DNA of 64,000 bases from an uncultured Actinomycetes bacterium. Lineage in GTDB: Bacteria > Actinomycetota > Acidimicrobiia > IMCC26256 > JACDBD01. The notes beneath the pieces were generated by a model that did no database searches, was not told the DNA's origin, and saw only the letters and a list, made by a program, of their open reading frames with translations. The position numbers and the translations under genes are program-made. Below, in pieces: positions 20,834-29,825 of the stretch; position 1 is the stretch's first letter; every line of letters begins with the position of its first letter. The stretch covers positions 710,793-774,792 of the forward strand of contig CAWAGI010000001.1 of NCBI GenBank assembly GCA_963781615.1, read 5' to 3'.

Positions 20834-21640
20834 CTAGCTGTTCTCGAGCTTCCACGACCACGTCGCGGTGACGACGAGCGGCGCTCCGGGACGGACCACG
20901 GTCGGTCCCAGGTTGAACGCGTCGGGCGGGTCGGACTGCGGCTCGACGCAGATCGCGTGCTCGGGCTCGTCGAACACGACGACGCAGCGGCACGAGGTCT
21001 CGAGCGTCACCGTGATCGCACCCGGCCAGCGCAGCACCGCGGGGCGGTCGCCCAACCGGGTGAAGCAGTCGTCCCAGGGATGTGGGCCGACGGGGACGAG
21101 CTCACCGGTCGGGATCCCGTCCTCGTCGCGCTCGTACATGGCGTCGGCGTCGAGCTCGACGGTGAGCGGCTCGCCGCGCCCCGCGTCGCGGTTCCACCAC
21201 GGGTGCCATCCGCACGAGGCCGGCATCGACTCTCCTGCCGCGTGCACCTCCATCGTGAGATGCAAGGCGTCCGGCGCGAGCCCGAAGCGCTGCACGACGC
21301 GGCCGCCGAACGGCCACGGCGGACCGAGCGGCACCGAGATCACGCCTTCGCCGTCTTCGTGCCACGGGTGATCACGCACGATGCCGTGGATCGCATGCGG
21401 CGGCTTGTTCAGCGGAAGCTGGTAGCACTGTCTCTCGAAGTCGAAGCGGCCGTGGCGGACGCGTCCCGCCCACGGCGCCATGAGGAAGCATCCGAAGTTG
21501 TGGTCGTCGACCTCCGGTGTCACCAGAAGGTCGAGGCCGTTTACGCGCAGCGACACGATCCGCCCGCCCTTCTCCGGCGAGACTTCGAGGCGAGCAGGGC
21601 CCGATTCGAGCGTCAGCACGCCCGGCAGTCTCGCATGCAC
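20834..21640 (-). CDS. aldose 1-epimerase (galactose mutarotase-like) family protein
   Basis: This is the C-terminal ~268 aa of ORF 20834..21895: LESGPARLEVSPEKGGRIVSLRVNGLDLL...HGIVRDHPW...CGWHPWW...ICVEPQS. The start is either GTG 21640 or GTG 21619. Confidence 0.72.
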   Translation of the reverse strand: MHARLPGVLTLESGPARLEVSPEKGGRIVSLRVNGLDLLVTPEVDDHNFGCFLMAPWAGRVRHGRFDFERQCYQLPLNKPPHAIHGIVRDHPWHEDGEGVISVPLGPPWPFGGRVVQRFGLAPDALHLTMEVHAAGESMPASCGWHPWWNRDAGRGEPLTVELDADAMYERDEDGIPTGELVPVGPHPWDDCFTRLGDRPAVLRWPGAITVTLETSCRCVVVFDEPEHAICVEPQSDPPDAFNLGPTVVRPGAPLVVTATWSWKLENS

Positions 21641-21654
21641 CCGCGGGCGCGCGG

Positions 21655-22854
21655 TCAGCCCAGGCGCTCGATCACGGTGGCGTTCGCCTGGCCGCCACCC
21701 TCGCACATGGTCTGGAACCCGAAGCGGCCGCCGGTCGCCTCGAGGTGGTTCAGCATCGTGGTCATCAGGCGCACGCCACTCGCACCGAGCGGGTGTCCGA
21801 TCGCGATCGCGCCGCCGCGCGGGTTGTAGCGCGCCGGGTCGGGACGGAACTCCTTCGCCCACATGAGCGCGATCGCGGCGAACGCCTCGTTGCACTCGAT
21901 GGCGTCGAACTCGTCGACCTTCATGCCGGTGCGCTCCAGCAGCTTGCGCGTGACCGGGTTCGGCGCCGAGAGCACGAGCACCGGATCGTCGGCGAGGACG
22001 GCGAAGTGCACGAACCGCGCCCGGATCGGCAGACCCAGGCGCTCGGCCGTCGCCCGGTCGGCGATCAGCATCGCCGAGGCGCCGTCGCTCATCGGCGACG
22101 AGTTGCCGGCGGTGATGTCCGGCGCAGGCTGCTCCTCGGACTCCCAGGCCGGCGGCAGCCCGGCCAGCTGCTCGAGCGACGTGTCCGGCCGGGTCGCCTC
22201 ATCACGCGCGAGCACATGGCCGGTCGGCTCACCGTCCTCGTCCTTGATCGGCACCGGCAGCAGCTCCTTGGCGAAGAAGCCCGAGTCGGTGCTCGCGGCC
22301 GCCCGTCGATGGCTCTCCAGCGCGAACGCGTCCATCTCGTCGCGGGTCACGCCGAACCGGTCGGCGAGCACCTGGGCGACCCAGAACTGGATGCCGATCG
22401 TGTGGTTCGTGTGCTCCATGAACCCGGCGCTGAACGGGCCAGTACCGCCTCGGGCGTTCGTCGACATCGGCGCCCGGGTCATCGACTCGACGCCGCACGC
22501 GATGGCGAGGTCGTACGCACCCGCCATCACGCCCTGGGCGACGAAGTGCATCGCCTGCTGCGACGAGCCGCACTGCCGGTCGACGGACGTCGCGGGAACA
22601 TGCCACGGCAGGCCGGCGGCGACCCAGGCGTTCCGCGTCACGTTGCAGCCCTGCTCCCCCGACTGGGTGACACAGCCGCCCACGACGTCGTCGATCGTTC
22701 CCGGGTCGACGTCGTTGCGGTCGAGCAGCGAGCGCAACGCGAGCCCGAGGAGGTCGGTGGGGTGCCAGTTGGCCAGCGCGCCCTTCCGCTTGCCGACCGC
22801 GGTGCGCAGCGTGTCGACGATGACGGCTTCGCGTGCTTCCACTGCGCTCCTCAC
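21655..22854 (-). CDS. acetyl-CoA C-acyltransferase (thiolase)
   Basis: 399 aa with the active-site region (VDRQCGSSQQAM) and a C-terminal NPRGGAIAIGHPLGASG...MCEGGGQANA. Confidence 0.92.
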   Translation of the reverse strand: MRSAVEAREAVIVDTLRTAVGKRKGALANWHPTDLLGLALRSLLDRNDVDPGTIDDVVGGCVTQSGEQGCNVTRNAWVAAGLPWHVPATSVDRQCGSSQQAMHFVAQGVMAGAYDLAIACGVESMTRAPMSTNARGGTGPFSAGFMEHTNHTIGIQFWVAQVLADRFGVTRDEMDAFALESHRRAAASTDSGFFAKELLPVPIKDEDGEPTGHVLARDEATRPDTSLEQLAGLPPAWESEEQPAPDITAGNSSPMSDGASAMLIADRATAERLGLPIRARFVHFAVLADDPVLVLSAPNPVTRKLLERTGMKVDEFDAIECNEAFAAIALMWAKEFRPDPARYNPRGGAIAIGHPLGASGVRLMTTMLNHLEATGGRFGFQTMCEGGGQANATVIERLG

Positions 22855-22922
22855 TGGAACCGACTGAACCTGACATGGTAGTCAGGTCGGGTTCACGCGG
22901 CGCCTCAGGACAGGAGGGTCAC

Positions 22923-23372
22923 ATGGGCGTGACCGGCGGTGACGTTCCCGAGCACGACCACATCGTCGATACCGGCAAGAGCGAGTTCGGCCTCGACGAG
23001 CTCGGGCACATCCAGCCCGGGCTGGCGCGCATCATGCCCGAGATCGGCGCGCGCATCTGGAAGTGCTACTACGCCGGCAAAGCGGAGAATCAGCCCCTGG
23101 CGCGCTTCCAGCTGAAGGAGGCCGTGAACCTCATGGAGATGGGCGCGTTCGTACGGCCCAAGTACGAAGAGAACATGGCGAAGTTCATCGCCGAGGATGT
23201 CGAGCAGGTGAAGCAGGCGATCGAGGCGTCCGACTGGGACAAGTTCGAGTCCGCGTTCCACGCCATGGTCGATCAGGCGAACGCCTACCACGAGCTGTAC
23301 GACAAGGAATTCCTGCGCTGGAAGATCCCCGAGCAGCCGCCGCCCGACCTCGACATGACGCCGCGCCGGTAA
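22923..23372 (+). CDS. conserved hypothetical protein (helical, ~149 aa)
   Basis: The ATG at 22923 is preceded by AGGAGGG (22912-22918). The composition is balanced (…IWKCYYAGKAENQPLARFQLKEAVNLMEMGAFVRPKYEENMAKFIAEDVEQVK…). I do not recognise the family. Confidence 0.7.
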   Translation: MGVTGGDVPEHDHIVDTGKSEFGLDELGHIQPGLARIMPEIGARIWKCYYAGKAENQPLARFQLKEAVNLMEMGAFVRPKYEENMAKFIAEDVEQVKQAIEASDWDKFESAFHAMVDQANAYHELYDKEFLRWKIPEQPPPDLDMTPRR

Positions 23373-23386
23373 GCACGTCGGCGCGT

Positions 23387-23912
23387 CTAGGTCGCCGCTT
23401 CCTCCCGCGGCGGCCGCCAGAACACCGCCAGCAACGTCGAGCGCGCCACCCAGCCCGGCGACGGCGGCGATCACGAGCCCGGACAATCCGTCCACCCAGC
23501 CGAAGGCGAGCACGTCGTCGATCGACCACTCCCCCGGCCCGAGCGCGCCCAGGGCCAGCCCGACGACAGCGAGCGTCATCACGTACTCCCACCCCTCGGT
23601 GGGCCTGCTGAACACGAAGAACCCCGCGCGGCGATGGTTCGTGATCCAGGCCACGACGGCCACGCCGGCGACCGACCCCGCGGCCAGCGGAGTGAGGAAC
23701 CCGGCAACGAGCAGCGCGCCACCGGCCAGTTCGGTGACGGTCACGAGCCACGCGTGGACCGGTCCCGGCCGGAGGCCCAAGCTCGCGAACCAGTTCGCCA
23801 CGCCCGGCCCCTGGAGGTTGCGCCGCAGGTGGTTCCAGCCGTGAGCGAACATGACGACCCCGGCGACGACGCGCAGGCCGAGCAGTGCCAGGTTCAGGGC
23901 GTTCGCGTCCAT
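23387..23912 (-). CDS. DoxX-family membrane protein; probable frame break ~23428-23450
   Basis: The N-terminal part is clearly DoxX-like (MDANALNLALLGLRVVAGVVMFAHGWNHL...). The alternative frame gives a typical ending (STLLAVFWRPPREEAAT) with TAG at 23387-23389, 14 nt from the convergent gene's stop. The listed 335-aa ORF instead reads on antisense through gene 22923..23372. Confidence 0.6.
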
Positions 23913-23948
23913 CCGCGCTGGTGCTCCCGGTGCGTCCCGTGCTTCGTT

Positions 23949-23968
23949 CCCTGACGCTATCGTCAGGG
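23949..23968. promoter_or_regulatory. perfect 8-4-8 palindrome CCCTGACG-CTAT-CGTCAGGG immediately upstream of the P450 start
   Basis: Read directly from the sequence. It lies 3 nt before ATG 23972, in the DoxX/P450 divergent intergenic region. It could be an operator or a start-site hairpin. Confidence 0.35.
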
Positions 23969-23971
23969 TCC

Positions 23972-25207
23972 ATGAGCGCGCCCGAGGCCATCGACGGCAC
24001 GTACGACCCGTTCGAGGAGTTCAACCGCAGCGTCGGCGCGGGCGTGGTCGAGGACCCGTACCCGCTCCTCGCCATGGCCCGGGCGAAGGGACCGCTGCTG
24101 AAGGAGAACCTCGAGGCCGAGTTGCTCACCGACGGCAGCGCGCCACCACCCGGCCCCGACGTCTTCACCGCGTTCGGCTACGACGCGGTGCAGACGGTCC
24201 TGCGCGACGGCGAGACGTTCTCGTCGGCCGGCTACGCCGACGTCATGGGCGCGGTCATGGGCCACACGATCCTCGAGATGGACGAGCCCGAACACCACAC
24301 GTACCGCGGTCTCGTGCAGCAGGCGTTCAGCCGCAAAGCGATGGAACGCTGGGAGGTCGAAGCCGTCGCCCCGATCGTCGACGAGTGCATCGACGGCTTC
24401 GTCGACCGCGGCAACGCGGAGCTGGTGCGCGAGCTCACGCTGCCGTTCCCCGTGAACGTGATCGCGCGCATGCTCGGGCTGCCCCGTCGGGACCTCCCGC
24501 AGTTCCACCGCTGGGCGATCGAGCTCATCAGCGTGTCGTTCGACTGGGATCGCGGCACGCGAGCGTCGGCGCAGCTGCGCGACTACTTCGCCGCTGTGCT
24601 CGCCGACCGACGCGTCCACCCCGCGGACGACCTCATGAGCATCCTCGCCGCCGCCGAGCTCGACGGCCAGCGTCTCACCGACGACGAGATCTTCGCCTTC
24701 CTCCGACTGTTGCTCCCCGCGGGCGCGGAGACGACCTACCGCTCGTCGAGCAACCTGCTCTTCGGGCTGCTCACCCACCCCGCCCAGCTCGACGCCCTGC
24801 GCGCCGACCGCGCGTTCATGCCGCAGGCGATCGAGGAGGGCCTTCGCTGGGAGCCTCCCCTCACGACGATCGTGCGGACGGCGACGCGCGACACCGTGGT
24901 CGACGGGGTCGACGTCCCGTCGGGCTCGGTGGTGATCACGAACATGGGTTCCGCCAACCACGACGAGAAGTACTGGGAACGCTCCGAGGAGTTCGACATC
25001 CACCGGGAGCAGCGCCAGCACCTGGCGTTCGCGTTCGGGCCCCACATGTGCCTCGGGATGCACCTGGCGCGCATGGAGACACGCGTGGTGCTCGAGCGAA
25101 TCTTCGACCGCCTTCCGAACCTGCGTCTCGATCCTGCGGCCGATGCGCCGCACATCACCGGCATGACGTTCCGGGCTCCACCGGCGCTGCCGGTCCTGTT
25201 CGACTGA
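23972..25207 (+). CDS. cytochrome P450
   Basis: 411 aa starting MSAPEA. It carries an I-helix (LLLPAGAETT), ExxR (EEGLRWEPP) and the heme loop (FAFGPHMCLGMHLA). Confidence 0.92.
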   Translation: MSAPEAIDGTYDPFEEFNRSVGAGVVEDPYPLLAMARAKGPLLKENLEAELLTDGSAPPPGPDVFTAFGYDAVQTVLRDGETFSSAGYADVMGAVMGHTILEMDEPEHHTYRGLVQQAFSRKAMERWEVEAVAPIVDECIDGFVDRGNAELVRELTLPFPVNVIARMLGLPRRDLPQFHRWAIELISVSFDWDRGTRASAQLRDYFAAVLADRRVHPADDLMSILAAAELDGQRLTDDEIFAFLRLLLPAGAETTYRSSSNLLFGLLTHPAQLDALRADRAFMPQAIEEGLRWEPPLTTIVRTATRDTVVDGVDVPSGSVVITNMGSANHDEKYWERSEEFDIHREQRQHLAFAFGPHMCLGMHLARMETRVVLERIFDRLPNLRLDPAADAPHITGMTFRAPPALPVLFD

Positions 25208-25218
25208 GAGGAGCTCCG

Positions 25219-26406
25219 ATGCGGGCAGAAGACCTGATCCTCGTCAGCGTCGACGACCACGTCGTGGAGCCTCCCGACCTCTTCGAAGGCCATCTGCCCG
25301 AGAAGTGGATGGAGTACGCGCCCAAGAACGTGCATCGCGACGGCATCGACGTGTGGGTCTACGAGGACAGCGTGATCCCGAACATCGGGCTCAACGCGGT
25401 CGCGGGCCGTCCGCCCGAGGAGTACAACATCGAGCCCACGAGCTACGAGATGATGCGCAAGGGTTGCTACGACATCCACGAGCGCGTCAACGACATGAAC
25501 CGCAACGGTGTGCTGGGGTCGATGTGCTTCCCGTCCTTCGTGCAGTTCTGTGGTCAGCTGTTCTCGCGCTCGAAGGACCTCGACATGGGTCTGAACTTGC
25601 TGCGGGCCTACAACGACTGGCACATCGACGAGTGGTGTGGCACGTACCCGGGCCGGTTCATGCCGCTGTCGATCCCGCCGATCTGGGATCCCCAGCTGAT
25701 GGCGGACGAGGTGCGGCGCGTGGCCAAGAAGGGCTGCCACGCCGTGACGTTCTCGGAGAACCCGTACAAGCTCGGCTGGCCGCACATCTTCGGTGACCAC
25801 TGGGACCCGTTCTTCGCCGCATGCGAGGACGAGGGCACGATCATCTGCCTGCACATCGGCTCGTCGTCGACGCAGATCGAGATCGCGCCCGGAGCGCCCA
25901 TCGACATCATGATCACGCTCACGCCGCTGAACACGATGGAGGCGGCGACCGACCTGCTGTGGTCGCAGGTCCTCCGGAAGTTCCCGAACCTCAAGTTCGC
26001 GCTCTCCGAGGGCGGGACGGGGTGGCTCCCCTACTGGCTCGAGCGCATCGACTACGTGTACCAGCAGCACCGCTTCTGGACGAACCAGGACTTCGGCGAC
26101 GCGCTCCCGAGCCAGGTCGCCCGCGACCACTTCACGTTCTGCTTCATCAGCGACCGTGCCGGCGTCGACGAGCGCGAGGCCATCGGCATCGACAACATGA
26201 CGTGGGAGTGCGACTACCCGCACTCCGACTCGTCGTGGCCGAACTCGCCCGAGTCCGTCGCCAAGCAGCTCGACGGCGTCGACGACGGCATCGTCGAGAA
26301 GATCACGTACCAGAACGCCATGCGGATCTTCCGCTACGACCCGTTCGCGTACCGGCCCAAGGAACAGTCCAACGCCGGCGCCCTGCGGGCGGAGGCGCCC
26401 GACTGA
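25219..26406 (+). CDS. amidohydrolase-2 (ACMSD-like metal-dependent hydrolase) family protein
   Basis: The ATG at 25219 is preceded by GAGGAG. The sequence reads LILVSVDDHVVEPPDLF...AVTFSENP...ICLHIGSS...MTWECDYPHSDSSWP. Confidence 0.88.
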   Translation: MRAEDLILVSVDDHVVEPPDLFEGHLPEKWMEYAPKNVHRDGIDVWVYEDSVIPNIGLNAVAGRPPEEYNIEPTSYEMMRKGCYDIHERVNDMNRNGVLGSMCFPSFVQFCGQLFSRSKDLDMGLNLLRAYNDWHIDEWCGTYPGRFMPLSIPPIWDPQLMADEVRRVAKKGCHAVTFSENPYKLGWPHIFGDHWDPFFAACEDEGTIICLHIGSSSTQIEIAPGAPIDIMITLTPLNTMEAATDLLWSQVLRKFPNLKFALSEGGTGWLPYWLERIDYVYQQHRFWTNQDFGDALPSQVARDHFTFCFISDRAGVDEREAIGIDNMTWECDYPHSDSSWPNSPESVAKQLDGVDDGIVEKITYQNAMRIFRYDPFAYRPKEQSNAGALRAEAPD

Positions 26407-26530
26407 GGGCGTGAGCGGCGCCGGCCGCCGATCGGCCTCGGCGTCCCACCCACCCACATGCCCGGCGGCTCCGCTTCGCTCCGCCGCCGACACGCCTCGG
26501 CTCGACCGCCCACCGTCGCCGCTGAACCGG

Positions 26531-26722
26531 TTACCCCGCCCGCGCCCGGCGGTGCCGGAGCTCGGGGACCAGGCCGGCGTCGGCGAGCAAGCGCACCGCC
26601 CGCTCCTCCTCGACGTCGATCACGATCGCCTCGCCCGGGCGCCGGTCCACGATGAACCGGACCACGCAGTCCTCGCACGCGTCGGTGTGCTGCATCACGC
26701 AGTCGTCACAGCTGATCTCCAT
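26531..26722 (-). CDS. small Cys-rich hypothetical protein (63 aa)
   Basis: The sequence is MEISCDDCVMQHTDACEDCVVRFIVDRRPGEAIVIDVEEERAVRLLADAGLVPELR. It has a CxxC...CxxC pattern and a plausible compact fold. Confidence 0.5.
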   Translation of the reverse strand: MEISCDDCVMQHTDACEDCVVRFIVDRRPGEAIVIDVEEERAVRLLADAGLVPELRHRRARAG

Positions 26723-26762
26723 GTCGTGATGATCGCGTGGGGGTATGACAGCAACGCCGGGG

Positions 26763-27527
26763 CTACGACCAGTCGGGCACGGGGAACAGCGATCGGGGCT
26801 GGTCGCACCAGCACGCCATCACCCGGCCGGCGAGCGAGTCGTCGCGGATCAGCTCGACGGCGGCGTCGGCGATCTCCTCTGGGGCGAGGATGCCGGGCGG
26901 GACGACGGCCGCCTCTTCCTCGGGCGTCATCCGGGAGCGGGTGCGCCGCGACATCGGCGTGTCGACCCAGTCGGGACAGATGCAGTTCACCCGCACGCCG
27001 GCCTGCTCGTGCAGCGGGGCGAGCGCGGCGCTGAAGCGCGCGAGCCCCGCCTTTGTCGCCGCGTAGTCCGGAGACGGGTGCGGCCCGAAGCCGACGCCGG
27101 CCAGCGACGCGATGTTGACGATCGCCCCGCCGCCGCGCTCGCGCATCGCCCGGATTCCGTAGTACGTGCCGAGCATGGGGCCGCGCAGGTTCACCTCCAG
27201 CACGCGCATCCATGCCTCGGGCTCTGCCTCCGGGAACGCGGGGTCAGCCACGACGCCCGCATTGTTCACGAGGATGTCGAGCCCGCCGAGGGTGGTCAGC
27301 GCGAAGTCGACCATGGCACGCACGTCGGCGTCGCGGGCCACGTCCACGTGCACGAAGCCGGCACGTCCGGACGCGGCCTCGATCTCACCGACCGTCTCGC
27401 GGGCGGGACCCTCGTCGAAGTCGGCCACGCCCACGGCCGCTCCCTCGCGGGCCAGGCGCAGGGCGGTGGCCCGCCCGATCCCCGCCCCCGCCCCGGTGAC
27501 GAGCGCGACGCGCCCCACGATGTCCAC
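26763..27527 (-). CDS. SDR-family oxidoreductase
   Basis: 254 aa with TGAGAGIGRA, NNAG and YAATKAG motifs. Confidence 0.9.
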   Translation of the reverse strand: MDIVGRVALVTGAGAGIGRATALRLAREGAAVGVADFDEGPARETVGEIEAASGRAGFVHVDVARDADVRAMVDFALTTLGGLDILVNNAGVVADPAFPEAEPEAWMRVLEVNLRGPMLGTYYGIRAMRERGGGAIVNIASLAGVGFGPHPSPDYAATKAGLARFSAALAPLHEQAGVRVNCICPDWVDTPMSRRTRSRMTPEEEAAVVPPGILAPEEIADAAVELIRDDSLAGRVMACWCDQPRSLFPVPDWS

Positions 27528-27556
27528 CCCATGAGTATGGCGGCGGGGTATGACAG

Positions 27557-29002
27557 CTAGCTGCGCAGCGCCCGGAGCAGCGTCTCGGACGACACGACCC
27601 GGGCCCCCGACTCGCGAGCGTGCTCGCCGACCCAGGCGTCGGACGACGCCACGACCACGGGCACCTCGACGGGGAGGTCCATCGCCTGGCGCACGACCAC
27701 CGCGTCGGCTTCCTCACCCTCGGGCGAGAACACCACCCGCACCCCGGGCCGGCGGGGCGGGAGGACGCTGCCGACGTCGGCGCCGTCGAACACCAGGATG
27801 ATGCGGGCCCGGGTCCGGAGCTGGAGCTCGGAGACCGCGCCCAGCAGGCGGTCACGCTGCTGCGCGGGCGGCACGTCCCCCCACGCCAGCATCGACACGT
27901 TGTAGCCGTCGACGACGAGGACGGCGCGGGGCGTGCGCAGCATCGCGTCGAGCGCGTCGGGATCGTCCTCGACCATGCCGGGCGGCACCCGGGGCTGGGC
28001 CCGCGGCCGCCGGGGCTCGTTCTCGGCTGTGCCTCGCTCCGGCTTCGGGTCCGGTTCCCGCTCTTCCTCCGACGCCGCGCCCGCCGACTGCGGCTGCAGG
28101 ACCCGACGGGCTTGGTCGGCGACGCCGCTCAACCCGGTGGCGAGCCGCTGGGCCAAGTCGGCGGCGTCGATCAGGGCACGAAGGTCCTCGCGCCGCAGGA
28201 CGGGAAGACTCGCATCCTTGGCGGCGCGCTCTTTGGCTTCGGCCTCCTTCACCGCCCGGCGCAGCTCGCGCACTTCTTCGTCCACCTTGCGGGCCCGGGC
28301 AGTCTCCCGCTCGAGGCGCGCTTCGGCCGCCTCGACCGCGGCGTGCGCCCGTGTGATCTCGCTCTGGACGTCGTCGAGCTTGCGCTCGGCCGCCGCCACC
28401 CGCTGGTTGGTCGCGGCTTCGCGGTCTCGCCGGCGCTGCCGCTCGTCGCGCAGCTCGCGCTCGATATGCTCCGCCTTCTGCTCGGCCGCGACGCGCGCGG
28501 CCTCGGCCCGGCGGCGTGACTCGGCCATACCCGCGACCTGCGACTCGCGCTCGCGGTCGTCTTCACCCAGCTGCAGCTCCATCCGGTAGCGCTCGAAGGT
28601 GGCACACGCGACGCCGAGCCCGAACGACCACCCCGGCGGCCGCGCTGCGTACAACGCCGACGTCAGAATCGGCAGCGCGGATCGTTCGGCCGCGTCACCG
28701 ACGAGCCCGAACGCTTCCTTGGTGTCCCAAGCGTCGAGGACCTCGGTCACGTCGGCGCGCGCGGTGAACTGGTCCACGGCGCGGTCGCGAAAGTCGGGTT
28801 CGGTCTCGATCGCGCGCAGAAGCTGCTGGCGCGCTGCGCCGCGAGCCAGGCCGCGGCGGTCGAACTCGGCCACCGGCCGCAGGATCGGTGGTACCTCGAC
28901 CGGCTCCAGCGCGCGCAGCATCTCGCCCGCGGTGTCGAGGAGCGGAACGAGCAGCTGCTCCGGCACCGGCGGGAGCGACACGCGTTTCGGCGGGCTCGAC
29001 AT
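27557..29002 (-). CDS. coiled-coil protein with C-terminal YacP-like NYN (PIN-like) domain
   Basis: The C-terminus reads VLVVDGYNVSMLAWG...ILVFDGADVG...VVFSPEGEEADAVV. The middle section is long and rich in Arg/Glu/Ala, consistent with a coiled coil. The start was chosen at MSSPPKR (ATG 29002). Confidence 0.78.
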   Translation of the reverse strand: MSSPPKRVSLPPVPEQLLVPLLDTAGEMLRALEPVEVPPILRPVAEFDRRGLARGAARQQLLRAIETEPDFRDRAVDQFTARADVTEVLDAWDTKEAFGLVGDAAERSALPILTSALYAARPPGWSFGLGVACATFERYRMELQLGEDDRERESQVAGMAESRRRAEAARVAAEQKAEHIERELRDERQRRRDREAATNQRVAAAERKLDDVQSEITRAHAAVEAAEARLERETARARKVDEEVRELRRAVKEAEAKERAAKDASLPVLRREDLRALIDAADLAQRLATGLSGVADQARRVLQPQSAGAASEEEREPDPKPERGTAENEPRRPRAQPRVPPGMVEDDPDALDAMLRTPRAVLVVDGYNVSMLAWGDVPPAQQRDRLLGAVSELQLRTRARIILVFDGADVGSVLPPRRPGVRVVFSPEGEEADAVVVRQAMDLPVEVPVVVASSDAWVGEHARESGARVVSSETLLRALRS

Positions 29003-29113
29003 CCGCTCGCCGGCGCTCACAGCGACCGCCGAAGTGCCCGCGCGGAGGCCGGCCCGTAGACTGACTCGCCGGAGCCGGGTGGCCGGCAGCAACGCCGGCG
29101 GCGAAGGAGTGGC

Positions 29114-29533
29114 ATGCGCTCACGGTACGAGGAAGTCACCCTCGACACGCAAGGCGACGGCGACATTCTCGACGTCACCCCCTACGCCCAGAAGGCCATC
29201 GACAACGCCGGCTGGGCCGACGGGCTGTGCACCGTGTTCGTCGCGCACTCGACGTGCGGCATGACGACCATCGAGCACGAACCCGGATGCAACGCCGACC
29301 TCAACGCTGTCCTCGAGGGAGTCGCGCCCCAGGACCGCAACTGGGAGCACAACGCCCGCAACGCCGACACGAACGGACACAGCCATGTGCGTGCCGCGCT
29401 CGTCGGGCCCTCGGTGACGATCCCGTTCCGGGCCGGCGAGCTCCAGGTCGGCGTCTGGCAGAAGGTCGTGTGCATCGACTTCGACGACCGCCCGCGCAGT
29501 CGCAAGGTGGTCGTGCAGCTACTCGGCGAGTAG
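29114..29533 (+). CDS. YjbQ/UPF0047 family protein (secondary thiamine-phosphate synthase-like)
   Basis: 139 aa reading ...LCTVFVAHSTCGMTTIEHEPG...NGHSHVRAALVGPSVTIPF..G.LQVGVWQKVVCIDFD. Confidence 0.88.
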   Translation: MRSRYEEVTLDTQGDGDILDVTPYAQKAIDNAGWADGLCTVFVAHSTCGMTTIEHEPGCNADLNAVLEGVAPQDRNWEHNARNADTNGHSHVRAALVGPSVTIPFRAGELQVGVWQKVVCIDFDDRPRSRKVVVQLLGE

Positions 29534-29549
29534 CGACACCGCTCCGCGC

Positions 29550-29825
29550 TCACGCCGGCTCGGCCGGCGCCGGAGCCTGCGATGGCGACGGCTCGAGCTC
29601 CGCGTCACCGACGGACTCCTCGCCTTCGAGGACTTCGATGCCGTCGCCGCTGGCGCCGCACCACCGGCACGTGACCCGCTCGACGATCTCTTCGAGCACC
29701 TGCTCCTCTTCGACGGTCAAGTCACCACCCACGCTGTAGTGGTGGAACGCGCTCGTCCGGCGGGTCGTGACGACGTCGAAGCGGGTGAGATTCCCGCACG
29801 CACCGCAGCGGTAGCGCACCGCCAT
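29550..29825 (-). CDS. small double CxxC (zinc-ribbon-like) protein, 91 aa
   Basis: An internal ATG at 29825 is preceded by GGAGGAGG. The sequence is MAVRYRCGACGNLTRFDVV...VTCRWCGASGDGIEV with an acidic/Pro tail. It is in frame with the upstream ORF, with no stop between them. Confidence 0.5.
   Translation of the reverse strand: MAVRYRCGACGNLTRFDVVTTRRTSAFHHYSVGGDLTVEEEQVLEEIVERVTCRWCGASGDGIEVLEGEESVGDAELEPSPSQAPAPAEPA

Noticed and set aside
18236-21829. Very long ORFs on the opposite strand of clear genes. Examples: the 1197-aa ORF 18236..21829; also 271..1161, 1849..3441, 4582..6111, 5640..6851, 24736..26493, 29739..31754, 30547..33213 and 13523..14836.
   Set aside because: These are mirror-frame artefacts of ~70% GC DNA. 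Their translations are Arg/Pro/Gly/Ala-rich and resemble no protein family. Each is fully explained by a strongly supported gene on the other strand.
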